Of a DNA stretch of 64,000 nt, positions 10,282 through 21,815 are shown piece after piece. Made by a program: the position numbers and the translations under genes. Under the pieces are notes generated by a model. That model worked only from the letters and a program-made list of their open reading frames with translations. It was not told where the DNA came from and made no database searches. Source of the stretch: an uncultured Pseudomonadota bacterium. GTDB taxonomy: Bacteria; Pseudomonadota; Gammaproteobacteria; Natronospirales; REEB76. The DNA lies in assembly GCA_963774895.1 (NCBI GenBank), contig CAVZGN010000004.1, positions 299,825-363,824 of the forward strand. The letters run 5' to 3'. The stretch's first letter is position 1; each line of letters begins with the position of its first letter.

Positions 10282-12017
10282 GCAACCGGTTTTGGATTTG
10301 CTTGCTGATCGGCCTGTGTATCCAACAACGCATAGAACAAAGCCATATAGATCACATACCAGGTGATCATCATGGAGTGTATAAAAATCGTGTCGGTCAG
10401 CGCATAGATTGCAAACCCGGCCACGGTCAATACACCCGCCATACCTATGGCATGCATCGCCTGAACCGGGCTGCGCGTCGCTTGCAGGAAACGCATTGCT
10501 GGAAACAAAAGTATAGCCAGCAATGCAATGAATCCAAGGATACCGCGGCTTGAGAGGGCTTCCAGATAATCATTGTGTGGATGGTCGTAAGATCCAACAA
10601 AGGGAGCGATCACACCTTTGTCTATCAGCTCATCGGTTTTAACCTGATACGCTCCTGTACCTACGCCTAATAGTGGATGACTAAGAAACAGCCGCCAAGC
10701 AGAACGCCACATTTCAAAGCGTTTACCCACTGATGTATCCGCAATGGATAAAGTATATTCACCAGGATAGTTTTCCAATGGAACTATCCAGATTTTCTCT
10801 TTGGCTGGTAAATATATTTTGACCAATGTTCCAGTTCTCCCCTTAGAGATAATTTCTTTCAAAATGTAATGTTGGGAATTGAAAACCGAACTCGTCGAAT
10901 TTTGCCCATTCAATGAAATTATTCCAACACCCCGCACTAGTAATTTGCTGAATTGAGCGCTTCCATCACTGGGGATACGTGGGAAATAATACCAATCTCC
11001 TTTAGAGGCATCATTATTTGCCAATTCAACGGCGTACGCTGCTTTGCAAAAACCACCTTGAAGTAACTCCGGGTCAATAACGGTATTTCCGACCAGTGAA
11101 GAATTGAGATTTTCAGGATACGTTTTCAACCAGGTCTCCAAGAAAGCGCTTTGATTATCACAACGCTCTTGCTGATCCCGCTGAGTATTTTGATAATTGA
11201 AGGCATTCAAGCCGATAAAATAATTCCGTGTGCTGCGGACAGCGTGTTTGATGCGCCCTTGTGTATCAGTGCCCGCTATAAAATAAGATGAAGAAAACAC
11301 GGCAATAATTACCGTTAATATGGCGAAGAGATACCGCCCTTTGAGAAACCCGCCTGCGGGTGTAGCCAACATAGGCATTAATATAATTATAGGCAGCCAT
11401 GCGCCCCGTGTTCCGGATAGCAATGTCGCTGTAATACCGCCAGCCAAGCATAAAATCAGCAATGGTACTGAGTATCTGCGTCTCGAAGCTGCCATCAAAC
11501 CAAAACCAGCCACTACACACAACACCATGGTGGTGGTTAGATCGCCAAAGATAATTGAAAGATTGGTTTGCGCATTCACCCTGATAGGTCCATGGGCCTG
11601 CATAAATTCCAAGCAAGCCATAATGCCGGCCGAAAGCGCCCCCACTGCCAGGCCGATGAATACCGTCTTTGCCGTAGGCGGGTACCGCCGGAAAGCCAGA
11701 TACACTGGCACGATGAACAGAAACCGCAGGTAGCGTCCCAGAAAATGGAACCCGGTTACAGTCTGATAGCCGGCTACATAGGACAGCACGGTCACCGCGA
11801 ACAGAACAGTGAAAGCCAGGCACAGTATTCCGCTATCCCGGTTCAGCCAGACATAGGCGCTATCCCGTATCCACACCCAGACACCGACGATCGCCAGCAA
11901 ACCAAGCGTATAGCTGTCGCCATGATTTATGAAAAGTGTGGCGGCTGGATACGCCAGCACTAAAACTGTGACAAACAGCCGTAGCAGCTGATCAGCGCGT
12001 GTACTGAATGTATTCAT
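10278..12017 (-). CDS. O-antigen ligase (WaaL-like) family membrane protein with large periplasmic domain
   Basis: Multiple TM helices; [20 protein letters not shown]...[16 protein letters not shown] motifs. Confidence 0.88.
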   Translation of the reverse strand: MNTFSTRADQLLRLFVTVLVLAYPAATLFINHGDSYTLGLLAIVGVWVWIRDSAYVWLNRDSGILCLAFTVLFAVTVLSYVAGYQTVTGFHFLGRYLRFLFIVPVYLAFRRYPPTAKTVFIGLAVGALSAGIMACLEFMQAHGPIRVNAQTNLSIIFGDLTTTMVLCVVAGFGLMAASRRRYSVPLLILCLAGGITATLLSGTRGAWLPIIILMPMLATPAGGFLKGRYLFAILTVIIAVFSSSYFIAGTDTQGRIKHAVRSTRNYFIGLNAFNYQNTQRDQQERCDNQSAFLETWLKTYPENLNSSLVGNTVIDPELLQGGFCKAAYAVELANNDASKGDWYYFPRIPSDGSAQFSKLLVRGVGIISLNGQNSTSSVFNSQHYILKEIISKGRTGTLVKIYLPAKEKIWIVPLENYPGEYTLSIADTSVGKRFEMWRSAWRLFLSHPLLGVGTGAYQVKTDELIDKGVIAPFVGSYDHPHNDYLEALSSRGILGFIALLAILLFPAMRFLQATRSPVQAMHAIGMAGVLTVAGFAIYALTDTIFIHSMMITWYVIYMALFYALLDTQADQQANPKPVA

Positions 12018-12025
12018 TGTTTTGT

Positions 12026-13627
12026 TTATATCGGGGTGCGCCGAACCATTGATATCTCAGATTGCCCTTTTAACCGCCACCTTGCCCATCCTGCGGCGAT
12101 CAGCAACAGCATACAGCCAATTACAACTGCTGCATTACCTATATATAGGTAAGGTGTGCCGCCTGCATACGGCACAAACACGCCCTGCAATGCGCCACGG
12201 GTATTGCGCGGCAAGCGGGATATAACTGCCCCGCTGTTGTTGATGATGCCCGTGATGCCGGTATTGGTATCCCGCAATAGATAACGCCCGGTTTCCAGGG
12301 CCCGCATGCGTGCGATCTCAAAGTGCTGTGGCAGGGCGATGGAGTCACCAAACCAGCCGTCATCACTGACATTCACCAGGAATGCGGCCTGCGGCAGGGC
12401 ACGCATGATCTCATTGCCATAGGCATCCTCGTAACAGATGGATACGCCCACCGGATACCCCGCCACCTGCAACAAGGTCTGATCGGCAGGACCGGGCGTG
12501 AAGGAGGAATACGGCAGATTCATGCTCTCCAGCCAGCGCTTGGCCCACGCCGGCAATGGGAAATATTCCGACAGCGGCACCAGATGCTGCTTACGATACA
12601 CGCCATCGTGACCGCCGAGAGCCACGACGCTGTTGTAGGCCTCGTCCTTAGCCGGATCCTCGATGGGCGCGCCGATCAGCAGCTCGGTGCCATGGGCACG
12701 CGCTAGTCTATCCAACGGTTCCAGATATCCGATCCATACCTGATCCGCATAGTCTGGCACTGCGGATTCCGGCCACACGATCAAGCGGCTGTCCCAGTGC
12801 TCCTCGGTCATCTGGCGGTACAGATCCAGGGTGGGCTGAAAGTTCTGTGGGTCCCATTTGATGGTCGAAGGGATATTGCCCTGCAACAGGCTGACTTGCA
12901 GTGGTTTGCCCGCAGGATGGGTCCAGGAGATGGGCGCCAGTAACCCGCCTGTCACCCACAGAGTGACTAATATCGCCAAAGAAACGAAGCGTGTACGCAG
13001 ATTCGCATCGGGCGCCAGCATATTCAGCAACAAACCGGCAGACAGCACTACGGCGAGCGTCACGCCGTAAACACCCAGAACGGGTGCATAGCCTTTCAAG
13101 AAATTGTCGATCTGACCATATCCAAGACTTAACCACGGGAATCCGGTCAATAACCAGCCGCGCAGCCATTCAAGCAAAGTCCATATCGCAGGCAGCACCA
13201 GTATCCAGCGCCGCCAGTCCGCGAGCGGCATGAGCCACACGCCGAGCGCGCAGGCGAGTCCGCTGTACAACGACATTATCGCTATCAACGCGCCGATGAT
13301 CAGCACCGTCAGCCACACCGGAGCGTCGGCGATACTGTGGATGCTGATGTACAGCCAATAGACCCCGAAGGCGAATTCGGCCACACCAAACAGGAAACCG
13401 CGCCACCATGCACGACGTACCGACGCGCCATTCACCAGCCAGAAGAGCGCAGCCAAGGTAAGAATCGCAAGCGGGAAAAGATTGAACGGCGCAAATGCCA
13501 GAACCGTAAGCGCGCCACAGATGAGCGCCAAACCGTCACCGATCAATCCGGCTTGCAATCGCTGATTAATGGCGCTCAGGATGCCGGAGAGATGCATGCG
13601 TGCGCCTGGGGCGGACGCGGCGCTCAT
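12026..13627 (-). CDS. lnt: Apolipoprotein N-acyltransferase
   Basis: TGFPWLSLGY, QGNIP, WPES, YRKQHLVP, ICYE catalytic motifs. Confidence 0.96.
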   Translation of the reverse strand: MSAASAPGARMHLSGILSAINQRLQAGLIGDGLALICGALTVLAFAPFNLFPLAILTLAALFWLVNGASVRRAWWRGFLFGVAEFAFGVYWLYISIHSIADAPVWLTVLIIGALIAIMSLYSGLACALGVWLMPLADWRRWILVLPAIWTLLEWLRGWLLTGFPWLSLGYGQIDNFLKGYAPVLGVYGVTLAVVLSAGLLLNMLAPDANLRTRFVSLAILVTLWVTGGLLAPISWTHPAGKPLQVSLLQGNIPSTIKWDPQNFQPTLDLYRQMTEEHWDSRLIVWPESAVPDYADQVWIGYLEPLDRLARAHGTELLIGAPIEDPAKDEAYNSVVALGGHDGVYRKQHLVPLSEYFPLPAWAKRWLESMNLPYSSFTPGPADQTLLQVAGYPVGVSICYEDAYGNEIMRALPQAAFLVNVSDDGWFGDSIALPQHFEIARMRALETGRYLLRDTNTGITGIINNSGAVISRLPRNTRGALQGVFVPYAGGTPYLYIGNAAVVIGCMLLLIAAGWARWRLKGQSEISMVRRTPI

Positions 13628-14514
13628 GCAGTCTTATCGGATGCCGATGAAGATCTTTTACCCTTGGTGACTTCCAGCAGATGTAGCCGGCGGCTGTCGG
13701 CGCGCAGCACCTTGAAGCGTAGCTTGCCGATCAGGATCTTTTCGCCCCGCTTGGGCATATGGCCGAAGGCATGCATCACCAGTCCGCCTAGCGTGTCGAA
13801 TTCGGCATCGCTGTAGGTGGTGCCGAAATAGGCGTTGAAGTCCTCGATGGGCACCAGGGCCTTCACCGTATAGCGCCGGTCGCTGTGCTTGAGAATGCGT
13901 GTTTCGTCGTCCACGTCGTATTCGTCGTCGATCTCGCCGACGATCTGCTCCAGCACATCTTCGATGGTGATCAGCCCTGCGACCCCGCCGTATTCATCCG
14001 CCACGATCGCCATATGATTGCGGCTGGCGCGGAAATTTTTAAGCAATACATTCAGGCGCATGCTTTCGGGTACGAATGGCGCGGGCCGCAAATACTCGCG
14101 CAGATTGAAAGCGGCGTCCGGATCCTCCAGAAAATGTTCCAGCAGGTCCTTGGCGAGCACGATGCCGATGATTTCGTCGCGGCTCTCGCCCACTACCGGA
14201 AAACGCGAATGGCCGGAATCCACTACCACCGCCATCACCTTCCGCAAGGACGCGTCCTTTTCCAACGCCACCATCTGGGCGCGTGGGATCATGATGTCGC
14301 GGGCCTGCATGTCCGCCACCTGCAATACGCCCTCCAGCATAGTCTGGGCGTCGCTATCGAACAGATTGCGGTTCTGGGCGTCGCGCAACAGTTCCAGGAG
14401 TTCACCACGGTCGCGGGGTTCACCGCTCAGCGCCTGGCGCAGATTCTCGAACCAGGCGCGCAGGCCGGGACTTCGGTCGGGGGAGGTGGTTTCGGAAGGC
14501 ATGGAATGGTTCAA
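13624..14514 (-). CDS. corC: CBS-domain Mg/Co efflux protein CorC (YbeX)
   Basis: MIPRAQM, GHSRFPV, DEYGGVAGLITIEDVLEQIVGEI. Confidence 0.94.
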   Translation of the reverse strand: MNHSMPSETTSPDRSPGLRAWFENLRQALSGEPRDRGELLELLRDAQNRNLFDSDAQTMLEGVLQVADMQARDIMIPRAQMVALEKDASLRKVMAVVVDSGHSRFPVVGESRDEIIGIVLAKDLLEHFLEDPDAAFNLREYLRPAPFVPESMRLNVLLKNFRASRNHMAIVADEYGGVAGLITIEDVLEQIVGEIDDEYDVDDETRILKHSDRRYTVKALVPIEDFNAYFGTTYSDAEFDTLGGLVMHAFGHMPKRGEKILIGKLRFKVLRADSRRLHLLEVTKGKRSSSASDKTA

Positions 14515-14578
14515 GTGTGTGGCAATGGAGTTAAGTTTACATGCTGCGGACCTAGGTCAAACATCCCGGCGGATTCCA

Positions 14579-15037
14579 TCACAAAGGATAGGGATCCGGA
14601 TACCCCAGCGAAGCAAGCATGGCGGTCTCCAACGATTCCATCTTGGCCGCCTGGCTGCCGGATTCATGCTCATAACCCAGCAGATGCAGTGTTCCATGGA
14701 TGGTGAGGTGCGCCCAGTGGGCTTGCGTCTGCTTGGCTTGCTGCTGCGCTTCCCGAATCACCACCGGTGCGCACATCACCAGATCGCCCAGCAATAGACT
14801 GGTAACACCTGCCGGCACCGATGCCGGGAATGACAACACATTGGTGACTGAATCCTTGTGGCGGTAACGCCGGTTGAGTTCGATGCCCTCGTCCTCGTCC
14901 ACGATGCGGATGGTTAATTCTGCTGGTTCACGCCTGCCCTCCAGGGCAATGCCTACCCAGCGATTGAAGTCCGCTATTGAAGGCAGGTTTTTCTCGCGCG
15001 TGGCTCGTTGCAAGGTCACCAGAATCCTGTCGGTCAT
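14579..15037 (-). CDS. ybeY: rRNA maturation endoribonuclease YbeY
   Basis: TNVLSF and [11 protein letters not shown] zinc motif. Confidence 0.96.
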   Translation of the reverse strand: MTDRILVTLQRATREKNLPSIADFNRWVGIALEGRREPAELTIRIVDEDEGIELNRRYRHKDSVTNVLSFPASVPAGVTSLLLGDLVMCAPVVIREAQQQAKQTQAHWAHLTIHGTLHLLGYEHESGSQAAKMESLETAMLASLGYPDPYPL

Positions 15038-15100
15038 TTGGTCATCCGGGCATTACCTGAATTGCGATTGTGACCGTTGCTACTACCAATCAGATTAATT

Positions 15101-15218
15101 GTAGGAGCGGTCGTACCGACCGCGATTCCCAAACCATCGCGACGGAGACCGTTCCTCCTACCAAATCTCCTACAAAAACATAAATTCTGATCATCGCGGT
15201 GGATACCACCGCTCCTAC
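15101..15218. repeat. GTAG-type REP cluster
   Basis: GTAGGAGCGGTCGTACCGACCGCGAT at 15101; inverted copies ending CCTAC, the last being ATCGCGGTGGATACCACCGCTCCTAC. Confidence 0.88.
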
Positions 15219-15225
15219 AACACCA

Positions 15226-16218
15226 TTATCGCTTCGATTCTTCCGGCAGATCGCGCTGTTCATACGCGGCGACGATGCGTTGCACCAGCGGGTGGCGCAC
15301 AACATCGGCTGCCGTAAAAAACGTGAAGCTCACACCGGGCATGCCACGCAGCAGCTCCACCGCGTCCCGCAACCCGGAACGCCGCGGCTGGGGGATATCG
15401 ACCTGGGTGATATCGCCGGTAACCACCGTATGCGAGCCGAAACCGATGCGGGTCAGAAACATCTTCATCTGGTCGATGGTGGTGTTCTGGGCTTCGTCCA
15501 GGATGATGAAGGCTTCGTTCAGAGTACGGCCGCGCATGAAAGCCAGCGGTGCCACCTCGATGATGCCGCGCTCCAGCAATTTGCCGACCCGCTCGAAGCC
15601 CAGCATCTCATAGAGCGCGTCGTAGATGGGGCGTAGATACGGGTCCACCTTCTCCGTCAGGTCGCCAGGCAGAAACCCCAGACGTTCGCCGGCTTCAACC
15701 GCCGGTCTTACCAGCACCAACCGCCGCACCTGGTCGCGGTTGAGCGCCGCCACGGCGCTGGCCACCGCCAGATAGGTCTTGCCGGTACCCGCCGGACCGA
15801 TGCCGAATGTCAGATCGCATGCGGCGATGTTCTGCAGATAATGCCGCTGGTTGGGGCCGCGTCCCCGCACTTGTCCTTCCTGGGTGGACACCACGATATC
15901 GTCCGATACATCTGCTTCCACCGGGTGCTCAAGCAAGGCCGCGATGCCGGATTCCTGCAGACTCATATGCACCGTCTCACGGCGGATACGCTCATGTGTT
16001 GTAGATGCGTAAAGCTGCTTGAGGATTATTGCCGCCGCCTGAGTCTGGCGCGGATCGCCGATGACGCGAAACTGGTTGCCGCGGTTATTGATCTCGACAC
16101 CCAGGCGCTGTTCGATCTGGCGCAGATGCTCGTCGAACTGGCCGCAGAGATTCGCCAACCGTTTGTTATCGGCTGGCTCCAGAGCCAGATCGATGGAAAC
16201 GGGCGTGGCTTCAGGCAA
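15226..16218 (-). CDS. ybeZ: PhoH-like ATPase (YbeZ); start uncertain, TTG at 16218 chosen
   Basis: [36 protein letters not shown]. Confidence 0.94.
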   Translation of the reverse strand: MPEATPVSIDLALEPADNKRLANLCGQFDEHLRQIEQRLGVEINNRGNQFRVIGDPRQTQAAAIILKQLYASTTHERIRRETVHMSLQESGIAALLEHPVEADVSDDIVVSTQEGQVRGRGPNQRHYLQNIAACDLTFGIGPAGTGKTYLAVASAVAALNRDQVRRLVLVRPAVEAGERLGFLPGDLTEKVDPYLRPIYDALYEMLGFERVGKLLERGIIEVAPLAFMRGRTLNEAFIILDEAQNTTIDQMKMFLTRIGFGSHTVVTGDITQVDIPQPRRSGLRDAVELLRGMPGVSFTFFTAADVVRHPLVQRIVAAYEQRDLPEESKR

Positions 16219-17605
16219 GGTTCTGACCAGCGACCATCGACGCTTGTGCGACACCCCACCGCGAGCCCGGATCCGGCAGCCGCCCACGCAGGGAATTCTG
16301 CTTTACCTCGGTGATCAGCACCTCCGCGAACCGGCCGATGAGGCGCGGATCGCCGGCGAAATTCACCCAGCGGTTACATTCTGTCCTGCCGGCCAGCTCG
16401 CGTGGGTTTTTGGTCGAGGGGCGCTCCACCAGTACCCGTTGTTTAGTAGCTAACAATCGCCGCATATAGGCCTGACCGAAATCATGAATTCGCGCCTGCA
16501 GGGTTTCCAGACGTCGTACTTTTTCCTCATGGGGTACATCATCCGCAAATGACGCCGCCGGCGTGCCGGGTCGCCGGCTGTAGATGAAGCTGAAGGCCTG
16601 ATCGAATCTGATTTCATCCACCAGTTTCAGGGTGGCTTCGAAATCCTTATCGGTCTCGCCCGGAAAGCCCACGATAATATCCGTGGACAGGCTGATGCCG
16701 GGACGCACCTCCCGCAATTTTCTGATCTTGGCCTTGTATTCCAGTACCGTGTGATTGCGTTTCATGGCGGCCAGGATCCGGTCCGAGCCGCTCTGCACCG
16801 GCAGGTGCAGGTAGTTGGCCAGCTTGGATACCGCTGCGAATGTGTCTATCAAGCGATCCGAAAATTCCAGTGGATGCGAGGTGGTGAAGCGGATGCGTTC
16901 GATATCCTCCATGACTGCGATATATTCGATCAGCATGGCCAAATCAGCGACCGAGCCATCATGCTTCAGACCGCGGTATCCGTTGACGTTCTGTCCCAGC
17001 AACGTGACTTCCTTGACGCCCTGTTCAGCTAGCCCGGCGATTTCAGCCAGCACGTCATCGAATGGCCGGCTGACTTCCTCGCCGCGGGTATAGGGCACCA
17101 CACAGAAAGTGCAGTATTTGCTGCAACCTTCCATGATGGAGACAAATGCGGTGGCGCCCAGCGCCCGCGCCGGCGGCAGATTGTCGAATTTCTCGATCTC
17201 GGGGAATGAAATATCCACCACCGGTCGGCGAGTGCGGCGGGATTCCTCCAGCATCTCCGGCAGGCGATGCAGCGTCTGAGGGCCGAACACCAGGTCCACG
17301 AACGGCGCGCGCTTCACGATACCCGCGCCTTCCTGGCTGGCCACGCAGCCGCCCACACCGATAATGACTTCCGGGTGCTGCTGCTTCAGTTCACGCCACC
17401 AGCCAAGTTGGGAGAACACCTTCTCCTCGGCCTTCTCGCGCACCGAACAGGTATTGAGCAGGATTACATCCGCTTCTTCCACCAGTTCGGTTAATTCATA
17501 ACCATGGGAAGCCCGCAACACGTCCGCCATTTTGGCAGAATCGTATTCGTTCATCTGGCAACCGAAGGTTTTGATATATAACTTACTGAACGCCATGCCG
17601 CTCAC
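16211..17605 (-). CDS. miaB: tRNA methylthiotransferase
   Basis: [18 protein letters not shown], radical [15 protein letters not shown] domain. Confidence 0.97.
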   Translation of the reverse strand: MSGMAFSKLYIKTFGCQMNEYDSAKMADVLRASHGYELTELVEEADVILLNTCSVREKAEEKVFSQLGWWRELKQQHPEVIIGVGGCVASQEGAGIVKRAPFVDLVFGPQTLHRLPEMLEESRRTRRPVVDISFPEIEKFDNLPPARALGATAFVSIMEGCSKYCTFCVVPYTRGEEVSRPFDDVLAEIAGLAEQGVKEVTLLGQNVNGYRGLKHDGSVADLAMLIEYIAVMEDIERIRFTTSHPLEFSDRLIDTFAAVSKLANYLHLPVQSGSDRILAAMKRNHTVLEYKAKIRKLREVRPGISLSTDIIVGFPGETDKDFEATLKLVDEIRFDQAFSFIYSRRPGTPAASFADDVPHEEKVRRLETLQARIHDFGQAYMRRLLATKQRVLVERPSTKNPRELAGRTECNRWVNFAGDPRLIGRFAEVLITEVKQNSLRGRLPDPGSRWGVAQASMVAGQNLA

Positions 17606-19494
17606 TTCACGACCTGAAGATGTGGACGCAGCTGGCGTTTGTCTTGATCTTCCGAAAACACACCATGTTGGTACTCTGGAACCATGGAACGCAATACATT
17701 CAAAGCCTGCTCTTGATCCGCAATACTTATCGCCTTCCTTAGTTGCTCAAGACCGTTGGACAGGCTACCAATAGCCGTTTCACGACAACCTGCGAGCATC
17801 AATTTTGGGTGCACCGTGGTACGCAGCGTCTCATGAGAATAAAAAAGCTCTTCGTGCAGCTTCTCTCCGGGACGCAATCCGATATAGGTGATTTTAATGT
17901 CACGGCCGGGTTGCAAACCTGAAAGCTGAATGAGTTTTTCAGCCAGATCGCGGATTCGGACCGGTTCCCCCATATCCAGAACGAATATTTCTCCACCTTT
18001 GCCAATAGCACTGGCTTGCAGTATCAAACTCGCGGCTTCAGGGATGGTCATGAAAAAACGCGTGATTTCCGGATGCGTAACCGTGACCGGACCACCAGTC
18101 TCAATTTGATGTTTAAAGAGCGGTACTACAGAACCCGCGGAGCCAAGCACGTTACCAAAACGTGTGGTAATAAAATGGGTGCTGCTGGATTCATTCTGCG
18201 CCTGACAATAAAGCTCGGCAACACGTTTGGTGGTTCCCATTACATTGGTTGGATTAACGGTCTTGTCGGTCGATATTAAAACGAAGGTCTCAGCGCCATG
18301 CCGTTTTGCCATGTCTGCGACAATTTGCGTGCCAAAGACGTTATTTCGTATACCTTCGATTACATTGTCTTCTACCAATGGTACGTGTTTATAAGCCGCT
18401 GCATGAAATACAACCTGAGGTTTGGATTTGGCAAACAGGGCATTGATAGCGTGTTCATCCCTAATATCGCCGAGAAGTGTATTGAACAACATACCGGGGA
18501 AAGCAGTGCTGATTTCCTGATCAATGCGATATAGATTGTATTCGCAACTATCCAATATGATCAGCAATCCTGGATTATGTTTGGCTATTTGCCGGCATAA
18601 TTCCGAACCAATGGAGCCGCCGCCGCCTGTGACCAATACGCGCTTGTCGCGCAGAAACACGTTAACGCTCTCTCGGTCCAGAATTACCGGGTCACGCCCC
18701 AGCAGGTCTTCGACTGTGACCGGACGCAACCGCGAAACCTCTACTCTGCCGTCGACCAGCTCACTTAACGACGGTAAAGTACGGCAGGTGACATCGGCCT
18801 CCGCACAGATGCTCACCACACGATTCATCACAGATCGGGATGCTGACGGCAACGCAATCAGTACCGCACTCACGTCCAGTGACCGAATGATAATGGAGAT
18901 ATCGTCCAGTGTTCCTCGCACGGTGACGCCATGAATGTCTTGACCCTGCTTGGATGGATCATCATCCACAAATGCAACAGGCTGAAATGGTCCGTGTCTT
19001 AACAGATCTCTGACCAGCATTTCACCACCGCGACCAGCACCAACAATCAAAGCGTTTACGCGAGTTGGGGCCACACGAAACAACACGGCGTGCTCTTTGA
19101 TTATGCGGTTGAGGATGCGTGTGCCCATCACACCGGTTACCAACAAAATCGGGTACAGCACTAGAACTGACCGGGGTATCCCCTGCAAGCGGATAAGCAG
19201 AAATACGCCTAACACTGTTGCAAGGGCACCCAGGCAGACGGCTTTGAGAATGCGAACAAAATCCGGGACTGAAGCAAACCGCCACACACCGCGGTAACAA
19301 CCAAAGAGCCAGAATGTGGCCGCATGGATCGGTACGGCAAAAGCCAGCAATACCAGCGCGGTTTCCAAATACCGCCGCTCTGGAAGCATGAGATTGAAAC
19401 GCAATAGATAAGCAAGTGCGATAGTCACGGGCACCCACAGCACATCATGTGCAAAGATCACCCATTGCCGCCTTAAGATCCGCAATACATCCAC
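17602..19494 (-). CDS. Membrane-bound UDP-GlcNAc 4,6-dehydratase (WbpM/CapD/PglF family)
   Basis: 4 N-terminal TM helices; [49 protein letters not shown]. Confidence 0.95.
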   Translation of the reverse strand: MDVLRILRRQWVIFAHDVLWVPVTIALAYLLRFNLMLPERRYLETALVLLAFAVPIHAATFWLFGCYRGVWRFASVPDFVRILKAVCLGALATVLGVFLLIRLQGIPRSVLVLYPILLVTGVMGTRILNRIIKEHAVLFRVAPTRVNALIVGAGRGGEMLVRDLLRHGPFQPVAFVDDDPSKQGQDIHGVTVRGTLDDISIIIRSLDVSAVLIALPSASRSVMNRVVSICAEADVTCRTLPSLSELVDGRVEVSRLRPVTVEDLLGRDPVILDRESVNVFLRDKRVLVTGGGGSIGSELCRQIAKHNPGLLIILDSCEYNLYRIDQEISTAFPGMLFNTLLGDIRDEHAINALFAKSKPQVVFHAAAYKHVPLVEDNVIEGIRNNVFGTQIVADMAKRHGAETFVLISTDKTVNPTNVMGTTKRVAELYCQAQNESSSTHFITTRFGNVLGSAGSVVPLFKHQIETGGPVTVTHPEITRFFMTIPEAASLILQASAIGKGGEIFVLDMGEPVRIRDLAEKLIQLSGLQPGRDIKITYIGLRPGEKLHEELFYSHETLRTTVHPKLMLAGCRETAIGSLSNGLEQLRKAISIADQEQALNVLRSMVPEYQHGVFSEDQDKRQLRPHLQVVK

Positions 19495-19515
19495 TTCAAT
19501 TCCCCAGTAAGTCCA

Positions 19516-20556
19516 CTATTGCGCTCGATTAGTGCCCCGGAACAAAAACGCAAACAAAAGATAAATTAAGCACCAGCTACTGATCACTAGCCATTGCAGC
19601 CATTCGCGCTGTGAATACAGCGCGATTATACCAGAGGCACTGCAAGCCAACATCACCGCTGATTCAGCAATTAGAATCGGAGCATGCCGGCCATTACATA
19701 AAATTACCAACTGCTGATAATAGTGATCTCGGTGAGCCAGCCAAATGTATTCTCCCCTAAACAGACGCCGAAACACGGTTATCGTCGCGTCAACCCAGAA
19801 CGGCGAAAATACCAAGGCTGGAAACCATAATGGTACCGCTGCGCGAACCGCGGCTTCCAGGCTCAAAGAGGCTGCAAGAAAGCCAAGCACGGTAGATCCC
19901 GTATCGCCCATAAATATTCGCGCTGGCGGTATATTCCATACAAGAAACCCACCGGTAGCCGCAGCAATTATCCATGCCTGTGCGCAGAGATCGTTTGCGC
20001 CTGTGCTGAGGCAGGCCAGACCTAATGCTCCAAATCCGATAACAGACATGCTGGCGGCCAAACCATCCATGCCGTCCATAAAATTGTACAGATTCGTCAT
20101 CCAAACGATGGCTATTATCAAGCAAACGACAGTCATCCATCCGCAGGTAACAGATACGTCCGGCGCGAATATCAGGGTGATGTTTATATATTGAATCGCG
20201 ACAAAGAATGCTGCCGCTGCATGTACGCACAATCTCAGTAATGGAGGTAACGAGCGTATGTCTTCAAATAGAGAGATGCCTGCTACCGGCAGCGCAAAAT
20301 AAAATAGCGGCAAGGTTGTCGTACCTGTCAGTGTGAGACAGGCGAGTCCGGCCATTAGACCTACAATTATCGCTACCCCACCCAGCCTCGGCGTCGGCTG
20401 CAGATGCAATGATCTGGCCCCAGGATGATCTATCGCCACTTTGGAGCCATGCCAGCGGGATAATAAACCAGTCAGTATCAACGATACAAAAAACGCGAAA
20501 GCCAGTGCTGCAATCTTGGTCACCCTGCACCCTCGGCCAATAGCTGCATAAATCAA
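19516..20556 (-). CDS. MraY/WecA-type undecaprenyl-phosphate HexNAc-1-phosphate transferase (WbpL-like)
   Basis: RSLHxxPTPRLGGVAI, NLYNFMDGMDGL, WNIPPARIFMGDTGS, AHRDHYYQ. Confidence 0.93.
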   Translation of the reverse strand: MIYAAIGRGCRVTKIAALAFAFFVSLILTGLLSRWHGSKVAIDHPGARSLHLQPTPRLGGVAIIVGLMAGLACLTLTGTTTLPLFYFALPVAGISLFEDIRSLPPLLRLCVHAAAAFFVAIQYINITLIFAPDVSVTCGWMTVVCLIIAIVWMTNLYNFMDGMDGLAASMSVIGFGALGLACLSTGANDLCAQAWIIAAATGGFLVWNIPPARIFMGDTGSTVLGFLAASLSLEAAVRAAVPLWFPALVFSPFWVDATITVFRRLFRGEYIWLAHRDHYYQQLVILCNGRHAPILIAESAVMLACSASGIIALYSQREWLQWLVISSWCLIYLLFAFLFRGTNRAQ

Positions 20557-20583
20557 TAAACTCTAGTAAGCCTTGCTTAATAC

Positions 20584-21798
20584 TTATGGATTCATTGAAC
20601 GAACATCCTCCAGCAGATGTTCCATACGTGCGGCAAGATCCGGGATAAGAAAGTGGGAAGATACGAATTGAGGTCCTGCACGTCCAAGTTCGTCGCGCTC
20701 CACGGATGACATTCTCGCCAGGCTGACTATGGCTTCAGCCAGTCGCATCGGTGATCCAGGAAGGATACGTATGCAGGCGCTGCAATCCTCATATGGATGA
20801 TAACGTCCATTGCCTACAAAAAGAATCGGATGCCCCATCGCCAAGTAATCGAAGAGTTTATTTGCACTAATACCGTATCGATACAATGGCACATCCTTGA
20901 ATAGAAGGATATAAGCATCGGCTTCCACGAGTATTCGTCTCACATCACGCTTGGCCACAGGCTTTTCAAAAGTCACACACGTCAGCCCCAATTCTTGTAC
21001 CAAATGCCGAAGACCGGCCTTATTGGCCCCTTCACCCACAAGACGGATGTGCACCGGTATCCCATCAAAATCTCGTTCCAATATCTTTGCGGCCTGTAGC
21101 AGGTCTTCGAGATTGTTGGCAAGACCATGGCTGCCACAATACATCAGCGTAAAACGCGCATTGTTTCCAAGTGTGAATTGGGGTGCCGAAGTCCCGGTCA
21201 CGCCGTTTGGCAACCATTCCACACGCACCGGGCGCACGGCGAGCTCATGGATATACTGCTCACTGTTTGGTAACACCGTTGCGACTGCGCATGCGCTACG
21301 GCACAAAGAGCGTTGCATCCTGGAAAGCAGCCATACCAGCGGATGTCTGCGGGATATCCTGCCCAGGTCCACAATGGACTCGGGCCATAGGTCCCGCACC
21401 TCAAACACGAAGGGCACATTCAGACGCCGTGCGAGTCGCTGCGCTCCAAAGGCCGCAAACGGGCTCGGGCTGGACCCAATAATCACATCTGGAATGTTGT
21501 CCACTTTAAGTCTCATCACCTTCCACATGAATTGCAGCATGTTAATGATGCGCGCCAGAGAATTGCCGCGATATGCAGAAGTGCGAAGCCACAAAAACTC
21601 TACGCCTTCAAACTGCTCGAGCAGCTTGTTCTCGCCATTTGCGAGATGCGCCTGATGGGAGGAAAAATGATCGAAACTTCCGGCAATGATGCGCACACTA
21701 TGCCCGCGCTCTGCCAGCGCCTTACAGTAATCAAAGGCGCGTGTCAGGCCCGCTTGTTGCGGGAGAGTCGCATATTGATGTACAAGCCAGATGCGCAT
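20584..21798 (-). CDS. GT4 glycosyltransferase (WbuB-like)
   Basis: FEVRDLWPES, YCGSHGLANNL, SANKLFDYLAMG. Confidence 0.9.
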   Translation of the reverse strand: MRIWLVHQYATLPQQAGLTRAFDYCKALAERGHSVRIIAGSFDHFSSHQAHLANGENKLLEQFEGVEFLWLRTSAYRGNSLARIINMLQFMWKVMRLKVDNIPDVIIGSSPSPFAAFGAQRLARRLNVPFVFEVRDLWPESIVDLGRISRRHPLVWLLSRMQRSLCRSACAVATVLPNSEQYIHELAVRPVRVEWLPNGVTGTSAPQFTLGNNARFTLMYCGSHGLANNLEDLLQAAKILERDFDGIPVHIRLVGEGANKAGLRHLVQELGLTCVTFEKPVAKRDVRRILVEADAYILLFKDVPLYRYGISANKLFDYLAMGHPILFVGNGRYHPYEDCSACIRILPGSPMRLAEAIVSLARMSSVERDELGRAGPQFVSSHFLIPDLAARMEHLLEDVRSMNP

Positions 21799-21815
21799 GG
21801 ATATAACCGGCGGCG

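Noticed and set aside
13885..14797. 273-aa and 259-aa plus-strand ORFs
   Set aside because: Antisense to corC and ybeY
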